A stretch of DNA of 64,000 nt from Paecilomyces variotii (taxonomy: Eukaryota). The position numbers and the translations under genes were made by a program. The stretch lies in assembly GCA_004022145.1 (NCBI GenBank), contig RCNU01000002.1; one strand, given 5' to 3'. Of the stretch, positions 37,520 to 50,629 are shown piece by piece (the first letter of the stretch is position 1; each line of letters begins with the position of its first letter). The notes beneath the pieces are model-generated. The model saw nothing but the letters and a program-made list of their open reading frames with translations. It had not been told where the DNA came from and did no database searches.

Positions 37520-38772
37520 ATGGCACCAACAACACAGAAAGTCTGGACCGTTGCCGGCAAGACCAAGGGTTTTGCTGAGCTCAGCCTCAAGGAGGCAGAG
37601 GTCCCCAAGGTCGGCGACTACGAGGTTCTGGTGAAGCTGGAGGGTGCTTCCCTGAACTACAGAGATCTCATCATCCCCCAGGTAAGCCGTCGGATTGTTT
37701 GCCCTCTTTTTTTCTTTTTACCCCGTGCCGTTTCAACCAGTATTGACCACTATATCTATTGTAGGGAAAATACCCCTTCCCGCTTGACCTCCCTGTTGTT
37801 CCTGGCTCCGACGGTGCAGGCACAGTTGTCGAGGTCGGTTCCAAGGTCACACGATTCCAGAAGGGCGACAAGGTCGTCACTCTATTCAACCAGGGACACC
37901 TCTACGGCCCTATTGACACCCATGGCTCCAAGACCGGTCTGGGAGGTGTCTACGATGGAACCCTGCGCCAGTACGGTGCCTTCAACGAGCAGGGTCTTTC
38001 TCTCGCTCCTAAGAACCTCAACGCTGTTGAGTCAGCCACTCTGACTTGCGCTGGTCTCACTGCCTGGAACGCCCTGTACGGTCTGAAGCCACTGAAGCCC
38101 GGCCAGACTGTCCTGGTGCAGGGAACTGGTGGTGTGAGCATGTTCGGTCTCCAGGTATGACATGGAACCTTAATCACTGTGCCTGTGAACTACATACTAA
38201 CAATTGCTTTCCTCCATAGTTCGCCAAGGCTGCTGGTGCCACCGTTATTGCTACCACCTCCTCCCCTGAAAAGGAAGCGTTCCTGAAGAAGCTTGGAGCC
38301 GACCATGTCCTCAACTACAAGAAGGACCCCAAGTGGGGTGAGACGGCCCGCAAGCTGACCCCTCACGGAGAGGGTGTCGATCACGTTCTGGAAGTCGGTG
38401 GACCCGGCACTCTGGAGCAGAGTATCAAGGCCATCAAGTTCGAGGGCATTATCAGTATCATCGGCTTCCTCGGTGCCGGTGACCCCAAGGGCCAGCCCCA
38501 GATTCTGGATGCCCTGAGCAACATCTGCACCATCCGTGGAGTGTACGTCGGTGGCCGTGACCTGTTCGAGGATATGATCCGCGCTATTGAGATCAACAAC
38601 ATCCACCCCATTGTCGACAAGGAGATCTTCTCTCTGGAGAAGGCCAAGGAGGCATACGAGTACCAGGTAAGAATATTATGACTTCCATATCGATCAGGTG
38701 GTGGCGTACTGACATCTTCTGCTACAGTGGGCCCAGAAGCACCTCGGAAAGGTTGGCATCAAGATCGAGTAA
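37520..38772 (+). CDS. MDR-superfamily (Zn-type ADH-like / quinone reductase-like) oxidoreductase, 3 introns
   Basis: ASLNYRD, GSDGAG, TLTCAGLTAWNAL, VLVQGTGGVS, GVDHVLEVGG, final exon WAQKHLGKVGIKIE. Confidence 0.92.
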
Positions 38773-39420
38773 GGGACGAATCGGTTAGGTTTCAGTGTTA
38801 CTCGACACCGACGGCTCTTACGCGGTGGCTATAATGATGATGGAATTTAATGAAAACGTACATCCAAGAGCCCAATAGCTATGAATGAATTCAATGTCAA
38901 GCACGATCTTGCCGGAACACGTTTTACGTTTCAATGTGGGATCTGTTATCCCGCAGTTCTCGATACGTAGTCAACAAAAAGAAAAGTACAATATCCTGGA
39001 GCTATTTATTGCTGGTATCTCCAACCTTATCTGGTCTATTGATAGCTCTCCCTGAAGGTCGTCGCCATCCGCAGACAAGCTGTGGCCACAGGCGCCAATC
39101 ACCCACTTCCCCGCTCATGTCACCGCCGAGCCGCTCCACCACAGCAACAACAGCTCATCTTGCATCATGGGTGGCGGTAGTATTTTATCCTCTACACACA
39201 TCGCATGCAGAAAAGCTGTGTACATTCAGTCAATCAACACAATAAGTGCCTTGGTAGTGTAATTCCGAACCTTTCCTTGCTTCTCTGCTTGAGACCATCT
39301 ATTGGTCCAAGCCCTTCAGACATGTCTGCTGTACCGACCAGACCTGCTCCTGCGCTATCGACCTCTGGAGCTCGAAAGCCGCAGAAAGCCTCGCAGGTTA
39401 GATTCGTGCGGCCAGCCCAA

Positions 39421-42369
39421 ATGAGCTTGTTCGCGCAAGTGACTTCGTACCCTCCGCTGGGCCAGGTGACCTGTGTACCGCGGCTACAGAAGACATTAAA
39501 GTCTGAAGATGATGACAAGGTGAGAGTTTCCAGGACCTGGTGAGGGGTAATGTCCTCCGTTAGAGAAGATCGGTAGATATTCACTTGATTTGTATCATCT
39601 GATTACGTTGAGTCTGTATATCAGACTCTACATATTGAACTCTTACCTCTAATCTTCATACCTTACTTTATCCCTTCCTGGTTCCTAACCTGTTCAGTGG
39701 ACGAGATCTATGCATTAGACAGAATTCTTACTAACTTCACACAGCTTCAATTCACTGTGATCTTGGAATCCAGCAAGACATTCCCTGAACAGTCGTGGGA
39801 AGCTCAGATTTGGCACAACATCACGGACCCGAATTGGACTGCGCTTCCGTTGAAGAGATCCTTCGATCATTCTATCCCTTTGATGACAGGTAACGCGGAA
39901 GAAACATATTATCGATACACTTTCTCGGAATCGATCAGTCTTCACGAAAATGGAGGATATGCCAAATTTACAGTGCGATACAGAACCGGTCCTGACGCGC
40001 AGTGGCAGTGGGCCAATCAAAGGTATCCTGTAAACGATGGGGAGATAGTGTTTCCTCCTAGGAAGTCCAAATATGACGGTCCATCTACGTCTGAGATATC
40101 GCCGATGGAGGCCAAGCAAGAGCTCAGTCAGTACATCGATGGCCTCGCGAGCGAACTAGAGATCGAGTCACGCAAAAGCGAGGCTCCCGGCTCGGCCCTC
40201 TGGGATATTTCCGGAAAAACTGACGCGGCAAAGGAGAATGAGTCTGGGATTACGAAGATCGTTCTAGGGAAACCCTCTGCACTTTTGCGAAACTTCTCGC
40301 TGGTGCGTGTCTGGAGCCCGTGGCTAGCTCCTCGACATGGCAAGAAGGAATTCCGACTAACCGAGGATGCGATACTCTGCTCGTTCCTGCGGAGTGATGG
40401 ATTGCATCTAGTATTTCTCGCGATTTCTGGCACTAATGATGTCTTAACGGTATTCCAGTCCAGTGACAAGGGGGAGGTGGTCATCCAGGCTCGAAATGAT
40501 AACCGGGAGCCGGCGAAATTCCAAGTTCTCGCCTCGGTCGCTGAGAATTTCGAGGTAGCAATGAGTGCAGTTATATATGAAGCACGAAAAATTGTCAGGT
40601 CTCCAGGTTCAAACTCTACCTCATCGCCACCCCCGTCACGACATTCCCATCCTGATTCACCCCTTGGGTCCGACATCGTGATGGTCGAAAAAGATCCGAA
40701 GGCGCAGTGGCTATCCAATTGGTACGACGGCCTCACCTACTGCACGTGGAACGCTCTGGGTCAGGACCTGACGGAGGAGAAGATCGTCAATGCTCTGAAC
40801 ACCCTTAAGAGTCGTGGTATCAACATTTCCAACCTCATCATAGATGACAATTGGCAAGCGTTGGATAATGAAGGCCAGAGCCAATTCAAACGTGGCTGGA
40901 AAAACTTCGATGCGAACCCCAAAGGCTTCCCCAATGGCTTGAGACATGCTGTCGAAGCTATCAAACGCAATCACCCGAGCATTGAACACATTGCTGTCTG
41001 GCACGCCCTTCTAGGATACTGGGGCGGAATATCACCTGATGGGGAGCTTGCAAAGGAGTACAAGACCAAGGAAGTTAAAATAAAAGACCCAGTAGCTGGT
41101 GGGACTATACTCGCCATCGATCCAGATGATGTATCGCGGTTCTATGGAGAATTTTATTCATATCTCGAGTCTGTCGGGATCAACTCCGTCAAGGCAGATG
41201 CACAGTTCTTCCTTGATCTCCTTGAAGATCCAGATGACAGAAAGCGATTCATTACCGCCTATCAAGATGCATGGTCCATCGCTTCGCTGAGATATTTCAG
41301 CAGTAGAGCCATCTCGTGCATGTCAATGACTCCTCAGCTAATCTTCCATTCTCAGATGCCAACCAACAAGCCCAGCATCCTTCTGCGGAACTCAGATGAT
41401 TTCTTCCCTGACGTCCCAGCATCTCACCCCTGGCATGTTTTCTGCAATGCGCACAATACGCTTCTGACTCGACACTTGAACGTGGTCCCCGATTGGGATA
41501 TGTTCCAAACCAGCCACCCTTATGCTTCTTTCCATGCGGCTTCTCGATGTGTTTCAGGTGGTCCTATCTATATTACCGATGAGCCAGGAAAACATGATGT
41601 CGAGCTTATAAAGCAGATAAGCGCGCCCACTATACGTGGTAATACCGTCATCCTTCGCCCTAGTCTTGTTGGACGCACGTTAGACGCATACCACGATTAT
41701 AACGAGGGAAATGTTCTCAGAATCGGAACCTATACAGGTTGGGCCATGACAGGCAGCGGGATACTGGGTCTTTTCAATATCAGTCCCTCTGATGCATCGA
41801 CTATTGTTCCGCTCATTGACTTCCCAGGAATCCACGCTGATTCGCGTGGAAAGTACATCGTTCGCGCCCATACGACTGGGAGAGTCACAGACATGATGCA
41901 GCCCTTGGCACAAGATTCTCTGGTCGCTGTTACCCTAGAGCAAAAAGGCTGGGAAATACTCACAGCATATCCAACTCGCTCTTTTACCTTGAGTGGAAGT
42001 CGAGGCTGTGACTCTGTGAGTGACGGTGTAACGCATGTGGCTATTCTGGGCCTGCTAGACAAGATGACTGGTGTTGCTGCCATAGTCAGCTCGGATATCT
42101 TCATCGTTGAGAACGGTCGACTCCGCTTTGACATCAATCTGAAAGCCCTCGGTACACTGGGTATTTATATAAGTGACCTGCCAAACCGAAACGTAGACAA
42201 GAACTTCATGGTGCTCGTGTTTGGTCAGGCTGTCCCCAGAAAGACGGTCTGGAAAGACAGTGGAGATGGCTCCACTGTTCTTGCAATTGACGTCCTATCT
42301 GCGTGGAAGTCCATGGGCTTGGACCCTGGCTGGAGTAACGAGATCGTCGTTCAGATCTATGTTAGCTAA
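39421..42369 (+). CDS. Raffinose synthase / Sip1-type alkaline alpha-galactosidase (GH36), intron from ~39520
   Basis: Exon 1 MSLFAQVTSYPPLG; YCTWNALG, LIIDDNWQ, VWHALLGYWGG, VKADAQ, CMS, RNSDDFFP, PDWDMFQT, SGGPIYITD. Confidence 0.92.
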
Positions 42370-43053
42370 GTAGATGTTAGAGATCCAGGCAGACCAACAA
42401 GGAGTTCTCCTTTTTGGTCGACTGGCAGAAAGCCATCAGTAGACTTTAGGTAACTACGCTCATCATTAGCAGTATACATGAAAATGACATAATGACTTCA
42501 ATGCTAGCAATTTCGGTACCAGTTAGAGTAGGAATAATCTGATACCAGGATGCTACGCTGGACCAAAGCCGGTCTAAGTACATTATGCTGTTGGATCGCG
42601 ACTGCATATTTAATCGTAGACCCTTGCTTGCGAACCATATACTCGACATTCATGGATTCGCACAAGGAGATTTGTTAATAGAAAGTGAGTTGTTTCAAGT
42701 AGAAAGTGATTATGACCGTAAGGCATTGACGCACGACATAAAATACTAAATCAAGATAGAATTGCAAAAAAGGTCGACATCTAGTTCTCTCTAGACTATG
42801 GTAAAGGTTGTCTGGGACGTTACAGTGGTAACTATCTTATCGGGGCACTCGATGCACGGACCAACAAGTCTCACTCCATCCGCATTATCGATATTCCGTC
42901 CAGAAAAAGTATCCAAACTCCGAGGCTTCCCCGGTATATTTATTGTATCGAACAGGTTGAGACTAAAGCTTTCTTTACGGTTTTACTCATCATTTGGTTT
43001 CCTAATCACCTCAAGTACCTACCTCAGTCGCAGCCTTCCTTCAATTTGGCCCA

Positions 43054-45256
43054 ATGTGGCCACCACGTTCGACTCTCGCGCGCGCGACTCGTCTCCGCAA
43101 CCTCCCAACCGCAACAGCTCTCACACCGCGACTATGTCGTCGATCTAAGTACACATTTGCCGCAGACGCCATGCGGCTGCGATCTTTGAACTCTTCATCA
43201 CATCGACCTACATCAGACCAATCCTGGCGACAATGTGCGCGCGCAGTGCAGACACGATGGATCACCGAGGCGTATATCCAGAGACAGAAGGATATGGAGA
43301 AACAATGGGCGGAGTATGCGGAGGAGATCCGGGCAGGAAAGAGGAAAAGTTTTGTGGATGTGTTGGAGGAGAGAGAGCTGTTACATGATGTTGTTGGGTG
43401 AGTGGGTTCGCAAGGAAAAATGTTGCTTCCTCGCGGGTGTTTTGCGGCTTGAGAAGACTGGTTGGTTTCGTTGCTGGAATGGAAGAGCTAATTGGTTCTT
43501 GTTTTACGGTGTTATAGTGAACGCGATGTTCTGAAGAAGCTTTTCATTGAGAAGAGAGTTGGATTGTATGCTGGTGTCGACCCTACGGCGCCTTCGTTGC
43601 ATGTTGGTCATATGTTGCCTTTCATGGTGTTGGCTTGGGCATACGTACATGGTTTGCCGGTTCATTTTCTGGTAAGTACTACAGGAATTGTCTGAGTGCA
43701 TTAATTATCCGCTTGTCGAAGGGACCTGTCTGACAATTTACAGCTCGGTGGCGCAACGTCGAGAATCGGCGACCCGACAGGAAGATTACAAGGCCGCGAG
43801 GCCCAGCAAAATTCTGTCCGCAAGGCCAATATGGCCAATATGCACATGCAGCTGAAGAAGCTTGGTGCTAGCATCGAGAAGTATGGTATCCGGCATGGAC
43901 ATGAAAAGCAGCAGTACGTGTGGAAACGGGCATTGGTTAACAACAATACTTGGTGGCACAAAATATCCTTCTATGAAGTCCTACGAGATCTGGGTCAGCA
44001 TATAAGGTTGGGTCCCATGTTGGGACGGGATACGGTGAAGACGCGTTTGACAAAGGGCGACGGAATGTCCTTTGCTGAGTTCAGTTACCCGCTAATGCAG
44101 GCGTGGGACTGGTGGACGCTATTCAAGAAGGGAGTCCAAGTCCAGGTCGGCGGTGCTGATCAATATGGGAATATCTTGTTCGGTATGGATGCCGTCAAGG
44201 CGATCAGTAAAAACACGGCTATTGAGATCGAACGGAAATCGCTGGACGATGATATGGAGAAGCCTATCGGTCTGACCACGCCACTGTTAACCACATCCTC
44301 TGGCGCGAAATTCGGAAAGTCTGCAGGCAATGCAATTTGGCTTGATAAGGACATGACGACGACCTTTGAGCTCTACCAGGTTCGTGGCACCGGACTAATT
44401 TTTATTGGCCAATGCTAACATATTCTAGTTCTTCGTGAGAACTGCTGATGCCGATGTTGAACGTTACCTGAAGATGTTTACCTTTGTACCGATCCCCGAA
44501 ATCCAGAAGATCATGGAAGAGCACGTCAAAGAACCATCCAGACGTGTGGCCCAACATAGACTCGCCCGCGAATTCGTCGAACTCATCCACGGTGAAGAAG
44601 ATGCGGACGCCACAGTTCAACAGCATCGTCAACTCTTTGGATCACAGTCCTCTCCTCCAGGGCCTGTTACCGAACCCGCTTTGAAAATCGACCCATCCGT
44701 TCTTGAAACAGGGGCAACTCGTTCCCCATCGGCCGGATTTGACAACATGCAATCTGGAAATAAACATGCCCCTCAAACACATTTCGGCAACATGCCCGCA
44801 CCCCGTATCACCCTCCCCCGCTCTCTCGTGTACAACCAACCCTTAAATAGAGTCCTCTGGTCTGCAGGCCTGGTCTCATCGAAGAGTGAAGGCCAGCGCA
44901 TTATCGCCAACAAGGGTGCCTATGTGGGCAGCCGCGCTGGCGACACCGGTGAAATGTCCGACGACCTTTCCTTCACACCCATCAAGACTTGGCCAGCAGA
45001 GAAAACGCAGGAGTTCATTATCGGCGGCGATCTGCTGATCCTGAAGCTAGGCAAGTGGAAATTCAAGATGGTCCAGATCATCAGTGATGAAGAATTCCGC
45101 GAACGCGGCTTCACCGCACGAGGCTGGCAGGAAGTGGAGCAAGAAGCGCAGGATCAAGCGAAGAAGGAGGAAAGAGAGGCGCGAAAAGAGGCTCGCGCAG
45201 GAAAGCCAGAGACTATCATTGAGTCTTCTGGCGCTGAAGTGTCTGAAACTAAATGA
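43054..45256 (+). CDS. MSY1: Mitochondrial tyrosyl-tRNA synthetase (CYT-18/MSY1 type), 3 introns
   Basis: Arg-rich presequence, YAGVDPTAPSLHVGH (HIGH), IGDPTGR, EFSYPLMQAWDW, QVGGADQYGNI, KFGKSAGNA (KMSKS), S4-like C-terminus (SKSEGQR...LKLGK). Confidence 0.95.
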
Positions 45257-45643
45257 ACAATAGAGGTCGGTTTCTCCTCTCTGGCAATTGGGACGGTGAT
45301 GTATTATAAGATGTAATCTTCAGCGTGTGATGTATGTATATATTGTACCATATAGATTTATGAAATGAGCGGAATTATTATGCTGTCCCACGTCCTCTTT
45401 TCCTCTACCCAAACACTGTTAAATAGAGTTGAGTGGGCCTGGATGCAGAAGACTCTTTAGCAGCCTTTTAGCAAAGTTCAATTCCCAAACTACTTTTAAG
45501 CCGACGAGCGCCACTCCAGTACCTAGCGCCTTAGTAGAACGACTAGTTCCGATCCTAGGAGTTGATCCCTCGTTGTACATTTCTTTCTTTCTTTCTTTCT
45601 CCATTATCAGATCTGGGATTGCAACGTTGCTCCATGGCACAGA

Positions 45644-47082
45644 ATGAGTGCTAGAGTTGGCCCCTACACTGCCAAGGCCTCGCGACGATCTCATCACAAG
45701 TCCCGTCTTGGGTGCCAGAACTGCAAAAGACGCAGGATCAAGGTTAGATGCTTGCGTTGTCGATGATGGAAATACCGTACTCACTTCAAATATAGTGTGA
45801 TGAAGCGAAGCCCAATTGCGGTAACTGCCTGCGTCACTCCATCGAATGTGATTACAACTCAAGTTCAGAGAGCTCTTCCACCGTCTCACCCACAAATGAG
45901 ACGACCTCCCTTGCAGAGGCTCCCAAACCGTATGACGATTACACCTTTATCTCTTCATCTCAAGCCAACTTTACTCCTCCAAAGAGAGCGCATAGTTCAC
46001 GACCACCGTTATCACAACAACATGATGAGCAAAGCTCTCACTTACATCAAGCTGTGGCCAACAAGCAGTTCCAGTTCACAGCCACTGACATGGTGCTCTT
46101 TCACCATTTCATAACCTCGAAGGACTTGGGCGGCTCGCGGCCCCATGTGCAGAACCAGCTTTCTCAGCTGGGATTTTCGTTCCATTACGTTCTGCGCCTT
46201 CTTCTCGCCTTTTCCGGCTTTCACTTGGCACGCTATTCGACGAATGATTCATCACCAGGCTCGAGCGCTGACTTCTACGCTGCAGCTGAACGGCACTATG
46301 AGACTGCCGTGCGCGAGGTCGCGGCCGCAATTCCACTTCTAGACGCGACCAACAGTCCCGCACTTTATACATCGTCAATATTCGTATTTATTTGCTCTCT
46401 TGCAAAGGGGCCTCGCCCTGGGGAATACCTAGCCTACTGTGACGATGGCAACCCAGGATGTTTGTCACTATTCATGGGTCTGCGGTCAATTTTGGAAAGA
46501 TGCAAATCGACCCTCTCAGTCGATTTCTCTTCCATCCACGGCGCTAATGAACAAGATGAGACGCTCCAGCCAGAGGGACCTCCTTTCCATCCTGAAGAAC
46601 CGGTCTCGCATGCATATAGAGACAGTCTGGCTGAACTTCGACATCTTATATCCGCCACTTTCCCAGACAACAGTCTCGAGTACACTGACTACTCCCAGGT
46701 CCTGGATATGCTTTGTTACACCTACGAATTCGTATTTGGTGATGATCCCCGACCGACGGAGCCGCAACTGTGGCCCCAAATTTTTGGCTGGTTGTATACA
46801 CTACCGGATCTCTTTGTGATGGATGCGCAAAATCGGAGGCCGGCTGCTTTGGTAATGTTTGCCTTTTTTGCCGTGTTGCTAAAACAACTGGATCCAGCCT
46901 GGTTCATCCGTCAATGGCCTGAACATATCATGAGTGGCATTTTTCGTGACCTTGATGAATTTCATCAAGAATATGTTCGGTGGCCTATGGAACAACTCGG
47001 ACGACTGTCTAACAATCTACATCTATCGGAGACTGATAGCCCTGGATGTAAGGCTATTTCGTCATCATTATTGAGGAATTAG
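45644..47082 (+). CDS. Zn(II)2Cys6 transcription factor (Upc2-like architecture), 1 intron
   Basis: RRSHHKSRLGCQNCKRRRIK|CDEAKPNCGNCLRHSIEC spliced across ~45743-45795, in frame with ORF 46054-47082 (LFHHF, LLAFSGFHL, W..WP). Confidence 0.9.
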
Positions 47083-47291
47083 TGTTCTTTCGCTATTATT
47101 TATTACAAATCTGTCCTATATAATACACTGTAATAACAAAAAAACTGTGACAATTTTGTTCGAGTGGTTTGATCAACAAAGCGGAAGTCCGGTCCGGGGC
47201 CGAGATAGACGCTGGTTTGGTGCATGAAACAATATTATGCACACCCATTCGTTGCAGGAGATTTACCTCGATGATCACCCCAAACCAGGCT

Positions 47292-48871
47292 CTAATGGAC
47301 ACACTGCCAAGTTCCGTTGTGCGAGCCATTTCCACCTCGGCTAGTTGCCTTGGCTGGATACGGGCACAGAATTCGGTCTTGCTCTACTCCACCAGTCCCG
47401 TTGACCTGCACTGGGAGAAACTCGGGTGCAGTACCGTTTTCTACCCATGTCCTCAACGCATCAAACAGAGTTGTCGGTTGTCCACCTCTGCCACCAGAAC
47501 AATGGGCCAAGCCCGGAGACGGGAAGTATCGATAGAAGTCTTGTACTTCAGGTATTATTTTTGAGACCTCTCGATAATAATGCTCCGTGCCCTTTGTTGG
47601 AATACTGGGATCGGCCTTTTGGGCCCGTCAGCGAAGGAATCAGATGAGAAAAGCTTGTGTCCGTGACTTACCAGGCCATGGTATGTAAGGAGCTTTCCTC
47701 CAGCGTTCTTGAATTCGGTGAGATCAGGGTCATTGGCGGCTATCACGTCAGTGTATTCCTGGACCGCAAGATGGAAAAGCCAGTCATATTCCTCATGACT
47801 CGAATTGATGATGTCGAAGCTTTGATTCTTGGCCACAAACAAGTTGAACCATTCGTCCTGGCTACTCGTGCTGTTTTGACCTGGTGCAACACCAAACGCA
47901 CTGATGTCCGCCCCTGGGTTTACTCCATACCATAGGAACTCTCCTGAAATAGTCCGCGGCCCTGACCAAGCAGCTTTTGCGGTGATCGCTGCCGCTCTGC
48001 TGAGTCGCATGGTACTTCCAGTAGCGCTGCAAGAGAACGTCTTATTCACAGCAGTAAACGGGTCGAAGTCACACTTGTCCACGTCTGAGATAATACCATC
48101 CACAATGCCATCTAAGGGGTCACAGCGTTTCACAGCCTCGGCAGTAAGGAAATCCAGCTCACACGATAGCGGAGATGCTTCACCAGCCCAGGCAAGAGCA
48201 AGAAAAGGATAGTAGACCGCAGAAACGAACTCGGGCCACGATTGCCCTGGTGCTGATGCTGCAATTCCGTCGTACGCCTGCGGATATCGCTGTGCAAGCA
48301 TGAGGCCTTGACGTCCACCCTGAGAGCAACCGCTCCAGTAGGAGTACAAGGGAGGGATGCCGTAAAAGCTTCGCACCAGATCCTTGGCGATAATAGCCTG
48401 GTCGTTCAGGGATCTATAGCCCAGGTTGTGAAGTGCCTCCAAGTTGACATTTCCGGGACTCTTCAAAGCCCATTCAGCTGGCTCTGATGCACTACCTAAA
48501 CCTGCGTCGGTTGAGGTGGTCGCATATCCCTCTCCAATAGCTCCAGCCATGAAGAACTCTGACAGGACAAAGCGACCTGCCTGCCAGCCTCCTCCGCCTG
48601 TCGCTTGGAGGCGTTTGTTCCAGTTCCGTGGCAGCCATGTCTCCACTGTGATATGGTCATCATAACCAGGGTGGGTATAAGTGACAGTGACATTGCAAAA
48701 GTCCACATTTTGCACGGATTGATCCCCGTGGTTGTAGTTATAGGTGGCAGGCACATAGAGTGTGAAGTTGTTGACCCAAGAAGCGGAGAGGGAGAGGATT
48801 TCAGCGCCAAAGAGTGCCGGCGTGGCAATCGCAGATGGCGAACACGCAGCGGTAGGGGTAGTGTAAATCAT
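47292..48871 (-). CDS. Tannase / feruloyl esterase family protein, 1 intron
   Basis: FCNVTVTYTHPG, WLP..WN.R..ATGGGG, STDAG, SYWSGCSQGGRQG nucleophile, DPDLTEFKNAGGKLLTYHGL|AD, PGLAHCSGG, RILCPYP. Confidence 0.9.
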
Positions 48872-49468
48872 AGTTCTCTAAAGGAGACAGCCAAAATGAA
48901 AAGATGATATTACAACAGGTGCTTGTTCTTTCGAGTTGCAGCATCGTTCGGCCACGCATATCGGAGTACTTATACTCCTGGCGGGACCTGCAATATTCAC
49001 TTAGCATCTAGGGAGTCAGGGGCCAATCTAAACTAGCAGTAAAGAGTATGACTTCACGTACGAATGCGAATTGCCATGTTGATTCAAATGGATTATAGCG
49101 ATGCCACTCATGGTTGTTTTAATCATGAAGGATCCACTAAAACAACCTTATTATTGGAAACGATCCACTGCTCTAACTCCACATCGGGTAAGCTACTTTC
49201 TACACGAACACGAACTTCCATTTTGGGTAAAGAAAATCCCGAAGACGGTGATCAGATGTATAGTCTGAAAATTTGTCTTCTCCATCGCATTCTTGTTTAG
49301 GATATGGGTCATCACTGAGAGATGACTATATAAGGACGGTCCCAATGGACCACACAATTGCACGCATACCTTCTTCAAATCTCCCCTTGCCAACCACCGA
49401 GTGTATACTGTCGATTCTACCACTTGCCGCGCCCCAAACTTGACAACGTTGCCTTGGATTGATCCAAA

Positions 49469-50065
49469 ATGAGTGCAAATGAAAAGGTCTACCGTGCATA
49501 CCCGAGCGGGCCACCAACGTATCAACAAGCCAATTCGGAAGAGTCGCGACAGATCACCCAGAATCCGGATTGGAATTATTCACTTTTGGAATGCTGCTCG
49601 CCATGTTCACTCTGTGAGTGCCTATATGCATCCTTCTTCTGCTTCTAGATCTCGCTAACTCGCTTAATTAAAGGCTTTATGAGTTCCTGTCTTCCTTGTC
49701 TTACCTTTGGCAAAACTCAGGCCAGGCTTCAGGATCCGACTCTACAGAACTATAGTAGCATTAACGCGGATGTAGGTTCCCTTGGAATGACACCATTTCA
49801 TCTTCTCTTCTGCTGACGCTCAATGATCTTATAGTGCATGATTTTCGGTGCCCTATCCCTCGGATACCTCCAATGGATCATCCAGACAATTCGACGTGGC
49901 GAGATGCGAGAGAGGCTTGGAGTCAAGGGCTCCTGCTGCGGAGACTGCTGTGCCACATTCTGGTGCGGATGCTGTGCATTGGTACAGGAGGAGAAGGAGG
50001 TCGAGTTACGAACAAGGCCTGAGCTTACTGGTTACCAGCCTGCACCGCAGATGGCATACCCTTAG
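49469..50065 (+). CDS. PLAC8 / DUF614 cysteine-rich protein, 2 introns
   Basis: MSANEKV...DWNYSLLECCSPCSL|CFMSSCLPCLTFGKT, RRGEMRERLGVKGSCCGDCCATFWCGCCALVQEEKEV. Confidence 0.88.
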
Positions 50066-50135
50066 TATCTGGAGGAACGGTTGGTTATGGGGGAAGTAAG
50101 TATTAGGTCTCAGCATGGTCGGATAGTACACATTG

Positions 50136-50342
50136 TACTGCCTGTTATGTTTCTTTTCTGCCCGGTCACTTTTCAGATGCACTATGTCGATTTTCCTTTG
50201 TTAATGTCTATCTTTTCTATTTTCCTTTTTGTTTTCTATTCTTTCTTTCTCTTTCTTCTTTTTTCTCTGAATACTCAAGTGTACAGTTTCAGGATATACT
50301 CCCATGTATATAAGTGCCTTAGCAAATTATAGAGCCTCTTAC
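50136..50342 (+). repeat. Diverged direct repeat, copy A (partner at ~52627-52867)
   Basis: Shared blocks TACTG.CTGTTAT.TTTCTTTTC.GCC.GGTCACTTTTCAGA.GCA.TATGTCGATT, TCTATCTTTTCTATTTTCCTTT and AAGTGTA..GTTTCAG.ATATACTCC. Confidence 0.8.
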
Positions 50343-50629
50343 TTATTATTCCAGTAAGATCTAGGTTTTATTATTTAGATCTGAAGGAAGAGGTGAGAAG
50401 CTTGCTTAATTACTAACTAGAGGGGGGGCGAATCTTATAGGTGCTCTCCTAGTGCTACACGACTAGACAAATTCTTACGCGAAAAAGAAGTAAAGTTCGT
50501 TGGTGAAGTCGAGGATTCGTCACACATCAAACATAACGATTCATTTCTTTCTGTTTATCCGCTTTATCTCAGCTACAGAAAATCCCAATTCCCCAATTGA
50601 CCGTTTCCCCCGAAATCGGTGCATTTTCT

